Below are positions 25,226 to 31,766 of a stretch of 31,766 nucleotides of DNA, piece by piece; position 1 is the stretch's first letter, and every line of letters begins with the position of its first letter. The notes below the pieces were generated by a model. That model was given only the letters and a program-made list of their open reading frames with translations, did not search any database and was not told where the DNA came from. The DNA comes from Candidatus Fraserbacteria bacterium (GTDB lineage Bacteria > Bipolaricaulota > Bipolaricaulia > RBG-16-55-9). The stretch is taken from positions 1 through 31,766 of the forward strand of contig JBBIOR010000020.1 of NCBI GenBank assembly GCA_037443265.1, given 5' to 3'. Position numbers and translations under genes: made by a program.

Positions 25226-26292
25226 AGGCGAAGATGCTCTCGCCTGTCTGGTGGGAAGATGGGGAGCTTGTGTTGATCGATCAGAGGCGGCTGCCGTGGG
25301 AGTATCGCCTGCTGCGTCTAAGACGGGTTGAAGAAGTCGCCGATGCGATTCGACATCTGGCCGTGCGGGGTGCGCCGGCCATCGGAGTTGCGGCGGCCTA
25401 CGGCGTTGTGCTCGGCGTGCGAGAAGCCCGCCATGAGACTGAGCTCATCGCGCAGTTCTCTCAGACTGTCGAGCAACTGCAGGCCAGTCGGCCCACAGCT
25501 GCGAATCTCAAGTGGGCTCTCGAGCGCCAAAGGCGCGTTCTGGAAGCGAAGCTGGGGGGGGAACGGGAAAGCGTGGTGCAGGCATTGCTAAGCGAAGCCC
25601 ATCGCATCCGCCAGGAGGACATCGAGGCGAATTTGAGATTGGGCGAATACGGAGCGCAGCTTCTGCGCGATGGCGATCGGGTGCTCACCCACTGCAACAC
25701 AGGGGCGCTGGCCACAGCGGGCTGGGGAACTGCTCTGGGCGTCATCCGCTCGGCGTTCTCTCAGGGGAAGAGATTGAAAGTCTGGGTAGATGAGACGCGA
25801 CCGCTCTTGCAGGGAGCGCGTCTTACGGCCTGGGAGCTCCAGCAAGAGGGCATACCGTACGAGATCATCGTCGACGGCGCAGCCGGGGCCCTCATGGCCC
25901 GTGGGCTCGTCGATGTGGTGATCACGGGAGCGGATCGAGTGGCGGCCAATGGCGATACCGCCAACAAGATTGGCACATACCCGCTGGCGGTGCTCTCCCA
26001 TCGTCACGGCATCCCGTTTTATGTGGCTCTCCCAACTTCGACAATCGATCCTGAGATCCCAGATGGAGAAACTATTCCTGTCGAAGAGCGCCATCCGGAC
26101 GAGATCACGAACGTCTATGGCATGCAGATGGCGCCGGAGGGCGCAGCCGCGAAGAATTTTGCGTTTGACGTGACTCCGCATGAGCTGATCTGTGCGATCA
26201 TTACAGAGACGGGCGTGCTCCGTCCACCCTATGAGTCCTCCATCCGGGAGGCCCTTCGCTCCTCCTGGGCGATCCACCGTGTCTCGATCTGA
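25222..26292 (+). CDS. mtnA: S-methyl-5-thioribose-1-phosphate (or 5-deoxyribose-1-phosphate) isomerase
   Basis: DQRRLP, VRGAPAIG, RPTAANL, THCNTGALAT, ETRPLLQGARLT, NKIGTY, FDVTP. Confidence 0.96.
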   Translation: MKAKMLSPVWWEDGELVLIDQRRLPWEYRLLRLRRVEEVADAIRHLAVRGAPAIGVAAAYGVVLGVREARHETELIAQFSQTVEQLQASRPTAANLKWALERQRRVLEAKLGGERESVVQALLSEAHRIRQEDIEANLRLGEYGAQLLRDGDRVLTHCNTGALATAGWGTALGVIRSAFSQGKRLKVWVDETRPLLQGARLTAWELQQEGIPYEIIVDGAAGALMARGLVDVVITGADRVAANGDTANKIGTYPLAVLSHRHGIPFYVALPTSTIDPEIPDGETIPVEERHPDEITNVYGMQMAPEGAAAKNFAFDVTPHELICAIITETGVLRPPYESSIREALRSSWAIHRVSI

Positions 26293-26872
26293 GGTGGCCC
26301 TGCGAGTGGAGATCGTCCAGACGGCCCGAAAGATGCTGGAGCTGGGCCTGGTAGTCGGCAGTCTGGGCAACTTGAGCGCGCGCGCCCCTAAAGATCCAGA
26401 AAAGATCTACATCAAACCCAGCGGTCTTCCTTACAGGCGTCTTACGGCCGAAGACATTGTGGTCATCGATTCAGAGGGGAACGTGCTGGAGGGCCATCGG
26501 AAGCCCTCGTCCGAATGGAGGCTACATGCGGCCATTTATCGAGAACGCCCAGATGTTTGTGCCATCGTGCACACGCACAGCGTGGAAGCGCAAGCCTGGA
26601 GTTTTCTAAATGAAGAACTGCCCGCGCGCACAGAGGAGTTGGAGATCTTCGTGGGTGGGAGCGTGCCGACGGCCCGCTATGCGCCCTCGGGGACGCAGGA
26701 GCTGGCCAAGAACGCCGTGCAAGCGCTGCAAGATCGAAAGGCGGTGCTCTTGGCCTGCCATGGGGTGGTGGGCGTAGGGGCCTCGTTGGAGGAGGCTCTG
26801 CTCATCTGTCAGCTGGTGGAGCGTCAGGCTCATCTCGCCTGGCTGCTGAGGTTGGCAGGTCAGCGCTATTGA
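26279..26872 (+). CDS. Class II aldolase/adducin family protein (FucA-like; likely 5-deoxy/methylthio-ribulose-1-phosphate aldolase)
   Basis: GNLS, KPSG, PSSEWRLH, HTHS, HG zinc ligands. Start is uncertain: GTG 26279 or ATG 26231. Confidence 0.88.
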   Translation: MSRSEVALRVEIVQTARKMLELGLVVGSLGNLSARAPKDPEKIYIKPSGLPYRRLTAEDIVVIDSEGNVLEGHRKPSSEWRLHAAIYRERPDVCAIVHTHSVEAQAWSFLNEELPARTEELEIFVGGSVPTARYAPSGTQELAKNAVQALQDRKAVLLACHGVVGVGASLEEALLICQLVERQAHLAWLLRLAGQRY

Positions 26873-26898
26873 CAAGGGGCCGAGCCGCATGTTAGCCT
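26869..26898 (+). promoter_or_regulatory. Putative sigma70 promoter of the nucleoside ABC operon
   Basis: TTGACA (overlapping the aldolase stop codon)-18 bp-TAGCCT with extended -10 TG. Confidence 0.5.
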
Positions 26899-26958
26899 AT
26901 CCATAACGGGAAGAGTACCCCTACTGTACAATCCATAAACGAACGGAGGTCGAGGAAC

Positions 26959-28149
26959 GTGAAGAGTGGGCGAGAGCTGCTGTTAGGGACGCTCATCGCG
27001 CTGGTTGGCCTTTGGGGATTCCAGTCGGGCCTGCCAGCTGCAGGCCAAGCTCCCGGGACGATCTGTCTTTACTTCGACCAGACTGGGCCGGGGGATCTGA
27101 GCTTCAACGACATGGCGTTGTTGGGAGCAACCAACGCTTCCCAAGACTTCAACCTGAAGCTCAAGACGACTACCGCGGCCAGTGAGGTGAGTTATCTGCC
27201 AGATCTCCGTGGGTTGGCCAGCTCCGGAGAGTGCTTGATCATCATCGGCGTGGGGTTCCTGCTGTTTGATGCTCTTCCGGCAGCCGCCCGGGAATTCCCG
27301 AATCAAAAATTCGCCTTCATCGATGGGCCGTCCTTTGGGTTGCCCAATATGCTGGGCGTGCTCTTCCGCGAGCAAGAGGCTGGGGGACCTGTGGGGGTGG
27401 TGGCCGCCCTGGTGGCCATCTGGAAGGGACAGACACGCATCGGGGCCGTGGGTGGGGCGGAGATTCCCCCGGTCTGGCGCTATGAGGCGGGCTACCGCTT
27501 CGGAGCCTACTGGGCGGCTGACTGGTACAACCGGCATATCGGTCAGGGCGCTAAAATCGAGGAAGTGAGGGTCCCCTATGTGGGCCGGTTCGACGACCCG
27601 GCCTCGGGGAAGACGACCGCACAGGCCCTCCTAGGCGCTGGCATCCAGAACATCTTAGGGATCGCCGGGGGTACGCACCTGGGCGTATTTGACGCGGTGG
27701 AAGAGGCCGGTCGGGCTGCGGGGCAGGAGATCGGGCCACCCTTCGCCTACGGCGCGGATGCCTCTCAAGAGTACATCAAGCCAGGGTTCATCTTGGCCTC
27801 GGGCCGCAAGCGCGTGGACGTGGGGTCTTACACCAGCGTGGAGCGTGCCTTGAGTGCGCAGGGCCCCTTCGGCGGCGATCTCCTGTTGGGCATCAAGCAG
27901 GAGGGCACAGGCTTCAGCACGATCGAGGATGTCAAGACCTTCATCGATTTTGCCATCTCTGCGGGTCAGCTCCCCCCAGCCCAGAAGGAGGCCGTGCTGC
28001 AGAAAGTCATCCAGGCGCGTACTCAAGTCCCTTCGTACGTCTGGGTTGCACTGGATGAGTTCCAGTCGGCCATTCGCGCGGGAAGCATCACGCTGCCTGA
28101 GGCAGACACGGCAGAGCAGATCAACGCGGTGCGCCAGCAGTACCCATAA
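26959..28149 (+). CDS. BMP family ABC transporter substrate-binding protein (nucleoside/purine type)
   Basis: GDLSFND, IIGVGF, FAFID, FREQE, GRFDDP..GK, KRVD; signal peptide without a lipobox. Confidence 0.92.
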   Translation: MKSGRELLLGTLIALVGLWGFQSGLPAAGQAPGTICLYFDQTGPGDLSFNDMALLGATNASQDFNLKLKTTTAASEVSYLPDLRGLASSGECLIIIGVGFLLFDALPAAAREFPNQKFAFIDGPSFGLPNMLGVLFREQEAGGPVGVVAALVAIWKGQTRIGAVGGAEIPPVWRYEAGYRFGAYWAADWYNRHIGQGAKIEEVRVPYVGRFDDPASGKTTAQALLGAGIQNILGIAGGTHLGVFDAVEEAGRAAGQEIGPPFAYGADASQEYIKPGFILASGRKRVDVGSYTSVERALSAQGPFGGDLLLGIKQEGTGFSTIEDVKTFIDFAISAGQLPPAQKEAVLQKVIQARTQVPSYVWVALDEFQSAIRAGSITLPEADTAEQINAVRQQYP

Positions 28150-28174
28150 GCCGCCTGGGAAAGAGGCAAAAGAC

Positions 28175-28204
28175 AGGGGCCAGTCGAGTCCGTGGCTGGC
28201 CCCT
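28175..28204 (+). terminator. Stem-loop after the BMP gene (mRNA stabiliser or partial terminator)
   Basis: AGGGGCCAGTC (28175-28185) pairs with GGCTGGCCCCT (28194-28204) with one G-U pair; followed by CTTCTC. Confidence 0.55.
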
Positions 28205-28214
28205 CTTCTCGGCC

Positions 28215-29780
28215 ATGCCTGAAGAAAAGCAGCCGCTCATCGAGACCCGCCAGCTCACGAAAGTCTATCCCGACGGGACGGTCGCTCTAGAGAAGGTCGA
28301 TTTTCGCGTCCAGAGCGGGGAGATCCACGGGCTTTTGGGAGAGAACGGGGCGGGGAAGACGACCCTGACGAAGATTCTTTCAGGGCTGCTCCATCCCACC
28401 TCAGGAGAGATCCACTGGAGAGGAAAGCTCGTGCGCTTCGCCACGCCGCGCGAGGCGCTCAGCGTGGGCATCGGCATGGTCCATCAGCATTTCGCCCTGG
28501 TGGAGCCCTTCACGGCCTTAGAGAACGTGGCCCTCGGCCAGGAGGGAGGGGGTCTGTTGGCTCCGGCTCATCTCTCCAAGATCGCAAGAAAGCTAGAAGA
28601 GATCATGGAGCAGACGGGCCTGCGTGCTCCCATGAACGTGCCGGTGGAGCTCTTGCCCGTGGGCGTGCAGCAGCGCATCGAAATTTTAAAGATGCTCTAT
28701 CGAGACGTGAAGCTCTTGATCTTGGATGAGCCGACGGCGGTGCTCACCCCCCAAGAAGCAGAAGAGCTCTTCGAGACGCTCAGGGGGCTAAAGCGGGCGG
28801 GCACAACGGTGATCTTCATCACCCACAAGCTCAAAGAAGTGATGGCGATCACGGATCGCATCACGGTGTTGCGGCAGGGCCGCCTGGTCGCTCAAGTCGA
28901 AACGAGGGCTACCTCCCCCGAGGAGCTCTCGACGCTCATGGTCGGCCGCAAGATCGAAGCCCGCTTCCAGCGCCGTAGGGAGGAGGCTGGCGAAGTCGTG
29001 TTGGCTGTGCGCGCGCTCGCGGTGCCGGGCGATCTGGGGGGCCAGGCGGTGCGGGAGGTCTCGTTTGAAGTGCGCGCGGGGGAGATCTTCGCGATCGCCG
29101 GTGTCCAGGGGAACGGGCAGACGGAACTCGTAGAAGCCCTAACGGGCCTGCGGCCCTGGCTCTCGGGAGATGTGTGGGTGTCCGGAGTGAGCCTTCGGGG
29201 TCTTAAGCCGGATCAAGTCTTTCGTTGCGGCGTCGCCCACATCCCGGAAGATCGCCGCCGGCGCGGCTTAATTGGGCCCTTCACGGTGGCGGAGAACAGC
29301 ATCTTGGGCCTGCAGCGCTCTGCGGGCTTGCGCGGGCTCTGCGGGGCGCTCAGTTGGCAGCGCATCTACGCTCATGCGCGCGAGCTCATTGAGAGATTCG
29401 CCATTCAAGCGCCGAGCGTGCGCGCGCCGGCCCAGTCCCTAAGCGGCGGGAATCAGCAGAAGCTCGTGGTGGGTCGCGAGCTGGCCAAGCGCCCGAAGGT
29501 GCTGATCGCCGCGCAGCCCACACGGGGATTGGACGTGGCGGCCACCCAAGACCTTCGAGATCTGCTCTTGCGTCTACGAGAGGAAGGCGTGGCGATTCTT
29601 CTCGTCTCGGCCGATCTGGATGAAGTCTTTCAATTGGCGGATCGGGTAGGCGTCATGTACGAGGGACGCTTTACGGGCATCGCGCCGATCGCCTCTCTCA
29701 GTCGCGAGCTGATCGGACTTCTCATGGGCGGCATCCCCCTGGAAGAAGCTTGGGCTCTCTGCCAGAGGGAGAGGACCTGA
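28215..29780 (+). CDS. Nucleoside/simple-sugar ABC transporter ATP-binding protein (two ABC domains)
   Basis: GENGAGKT, IGMVHQHF, LDEPTAVLTPQE, HIPEDR, LSGGNQQK, QPTRGLDV. Confidence 0.96.
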   Translation: MPEEKQPLIETRQLTKVYPDGTVALEKVDFRVQSGEIHGLLGENGAGKTTLTKILSGLLHPTSGEIHWRGKLVRFATPREALSVGIGMVHQHFALVEPFTALENVALGQEGGGLLAPAHLSKIARKLEEIMEQTGLRAPMNVPVELLPVGVQQRIEILKMLYRDVKLLILDEPTAVLTPQEAEELFETLRGLKRAGTTVIFITHKLKEVMAITDRITVLRQGRLVAQVETRATSPEELSTLMVGRKIEARFQRRREEAGEVVLAVRALAVPGDLGGQAVREVSFEVRAGEIFAIAGVQGNGQTELVEALTGLRPWLSGDVWVSGVSLRGLKPDQVFRCGVAHIPEDRRRRGLIGPFTVAENSILGLQRSAGLRGLCGALSWQRIYAHARELIERFAIQAPSVRAPAQSLSGGNQQKLVVGRELAKRPKVLIAAQPTRGLDVAATQDLRDLLLRLREEGVAILLVSADLDEVFQLADRVGVMYEGRFTGIAPIASLSRELIGLLMGGIPLEEAWALCQRERT

Positions 29781-29784
29781 CACG

Positions 29785-30831
29785 ATGCCTTTCCTCAGGG
29801 CACTCCGGCCGTTGTTTGAGGTAGCGATCGCACTGCTTTGGGGGCTCTTGCTTGGGGCAGCCCTGATGGCCCTGTGGGGTTATGACCCTCTGGTAGCCTA
29901 TCGGGCCTTGCTGCTGGGAGCCTTTGGGGATCCTTATGCGATGGCGCACACCCTGAGTCGTGCTTCGCCGCTCATTCTGACGGGACTCACCTTTGCCATC
30001 GGCCTGCGTGGTGGACTCTTCAATATTGGGGCTCAGGGACAGCTGACCCTGGGGGCCTTGGTCGCCTTGGCCGCAAGTCTTTGGGAGCTGCCCCCGGGCT
30101 GGCACCTGGCCGTGGCCGTAATATTGGCCATGCTCGCTGGGGCACTGTTCAGCATTCCCTCGGCCGTCTTAAAGCTCACTTGCGGTGTCCACGAGGTGGT
30201 CTCAACCATCATGCTGAACTGGATCGCCTTCTGGCTCGTGAGTTACCTGGTCATTACGCATCTTAAGGACCCGTTGCGCGGACATAGTTCTATCCCAGCC
30301 GCGCCGGGCGCGCGATTCCCGCTGGTGATGGCCGGCAGTGACCTCACCTACGCGTTGCTGGCCAGCGTGGCTTTTGCCGTGGTCATCTATTGGGTGCTCT
30401 GGCATCAGCCGGCAGGCTATGAGCTGCGAGCGGCCGGGCTGAACCCCGAGGCGTCGAGCTACGCCGGCATCCGTCCTGGGCGGAGCATGACGCTGGCGTT
30501 TGTGCTGGGCGGCTTGAGCGCAGGGCTGGCGGGCGCTGCGGAAGTCCTGGGGCGTTTCCCCTATGCGCTCACGAACACGCTTTCAAATCTCGGCACGCTG
30601 GGGTTCGACGGGATTGCCGTAGCGCTCGTGGGCCGAAATCACCCCCTGGGAGTCGTGGCGAGTGCCCTCTTCTTCGGGGCACTCTTTGCCGGGGCCACTC
30701 AGATGGGCTTTCAGGCGGGCGTTCCCATCGACATGATCCAAATCGTCCAGGGGATCATCATTCTGGCCGTGGCGGTTCCCGAGCTTTTGAGCCTGAGTGG
30801 GAGAATTCCGCTGCGGCAGAGGAGGAGATAG
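29785..30831 (+). CDS. Nucleoside ABC transporter permease 1
   Basis: GLFNIGAQGQ, HEVVSTIMLN, GYELRAAGLN, GFDGIAVALVG. Confidence 0.95.
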   Translation: MPFLRALRPLFEVAIALLWGLLLGAALMALWGYDPLVAYRALLLGAFGDPYAMAHTLSRASPLILTGLTFAIGLRGGLFNIGAQGQLTLGALVALAASLWELPPGWHLAVAVILAMLAGALFSIPSAVLKLTCGVHEVVSTIMLNWIAFWLVSYLVITHLKDPLRGHSSIPAAPGARFPLVMAGSDLTYALLASVAFAVVIYWVLWHQPAGYELRAAGLNPEASSYAGIRPGRSMTLAFVLGGLSAGLAGAAEVLGRFPYALTNTLSNLGTLGFDGIAVALVGRNHPLGVVASALFFGALFAGATQMGFQAGVPIDMIQIVQGIIILAVAVPELLSLSGRIPLRQRRR

Positions 30832-30835
30832 GGCA

Positions 30836-31741
30836 GTGGATCTGTTGGCGGTGCTCTGGTTTGCGCTGCCTGTGGCGCTTCGGGCCATGGTGCCCATTGC
30901 GCTCGCGGCCATTGGGGAGGACTTCGATGAGCAGGCGGGCGTGGTCAACATTGGGATGGAAGGGATTCTCGTGATATCGGCCTTCGTCGCCATGGTCGGC
31001 ACCTGGGCCTGGGGCGATCCTTGGCTGGGCGTATTGCTCGGCCTCGCTACGGGTGCGCTGATCGGGTTCATCCACGGCATCATCAGCATCTACCTCAAGG
31101 GGGATCAGATCATAAGCGGTGTGGGAATCAATCTCCTAGGGTTCGGGCTCGTAGGGTTCAGCGCGGTCCTCATCTGGGGTGGGAAGTCCTGGCAGCTGCC
31201 GGCGCAGCTGTGGATTCCAGCAATGCCGGTGCCGTGGGGGAGCCTCAGCCCCTTCGTGCTCATCACCGTCGGCTTGGCTTTCTTCACGTGGTGGTTGCTG
31301 CACAAGACGGCCTTCGGCCTGCGGGTGAGGGCGGTGGGCGAGAATCCCGAGGCGGCGGACGTGGTCGGGGTGAGCGTGGAACGGACGCGCCTTGTGGCTG
31401 TTGTCTATGGTGGGGCGCTCTGCGGGCTAGGCGGAGCTTTTCTTAGCCTAGACTGGACGCACGCGATCACCAATACCCTTCCGGCAGGTCGGGGCTTCAT
31501 TGCGCTGGCGAATGTCGTGTTCAGCAAGCTGAACCCGCTTTTGGCGCTTCTGGGCGGCTTCTTGTTTGGCTATTTCGATGCTCTGGCCATCCAGTTGGCT
31601 TCCCTGGCGGGCAGTGCCCAGCCGATCCCTTATCAATTTGTGCGGATGATCCCGTATATTGCGACGCTGATCGTGGTGGCAGGCGCGATCGGGCGGGCAC
31701 GCTTTCCCAAGGCGATCGGACAGCCTTACCGCAGGGAGTGA
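30836..31741 (+). CDS. Nucleoside ABC transporter permease 2
   Basis: GVVNIGMEG, GLRVRAVGENP, GRGFIALA, PKAIGQPY; GTG 30836 follows SD GGAGGAG. Confidence 0.95.
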   Translation: MDLLAVLWFALPVALRAMVPIALAAIGEDFDEQAGVVNIGMEGILVISAFVAMVGTWAWGDPWLGVLLGLATGALIGFIHGIISIYLKGDQIISGVGINLLGFGLVGFSAVLIWGGKSWQLPAQLWIPAMPVPWGSLSPFVLITVGLAFFTWWLLHKTAFGLRVRAVGENPEAADVVGVSVERTRLVAVVYGGALCGLGGAFLSLDWTHAITNTLPAGRGFIALANVVFSKLNPLLALLGGFLFGYFDALAIQLASLAGSAQPIPYQFVRMIPYIATLIVVAGAIGRARFPKAIGQPYRRE

Positions 31742-31766
31742 TTCGCCGGCTCTGAGATCCAACCTT

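Noticed and set aside
26899..26958. Purine riboswitch or repeat (ATCCATAA twice) in the nucleoside transporter leader
   Set aside because: The leader is short and lacks the purine aptamer's conserved loops and three-stem junction; an 8-mer pair 32 nt apart could be chance.
1..31766. CRISPR arrays, tRNA/rRNA genes, IS elements, prophage or defence genes
   Set aside because: Intergenic gaps are mostly under 200 bp and show no regular repeat-spacer pattern or cloverleaf; no transposase, integrase or phage motif was seen.

Overview
A gene-dense, GC-rich (about 60% by eye) bacterial chromosomal segment. I see no tRNA, rRNA, CRISPR array, transposase or phage gene. Gene content and style suggest a deep-branching, possibly thermophilic lineage such as Bipolaricaulota/Acetothermia (inference only). 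Left to right it holds: the end of an upstream CDS and a doubly frameshifted secreted beta-strand protein; a rhomboid protease; a 7Fe ferredoxin; a membrane protein with a possibly inactivated nuclease-like domain; a seven-gene MoxR/DUF58/vWA operon; a CUT1 sugar ABC transporter with a Tat-exported binding protein; an atypical SDR and rtcA; a membrane-anchored glutaminyl cyclase; a candidate metal-response module (type-1 cupredoxin lipoprotein, His-rich secreted protein, TM-sensor-TM-wHTH one-component regulator, (GAAAAA)4 repeat, Tat-exported His-rich protein); an Rdx-nadM-HD operon; and a nucleoside catabolic block (Prx-like, deoC, mtnA, class II aldolase, BMP-type ABC transporter). The strongest leads are the kinase-less membrane regulator module, an apparent N-terminal Gln ('Q-rule') bias among secreted proteins next to a glutaminyl cyclase, and the deoC plus DHAP-shunt nucleoside operon.
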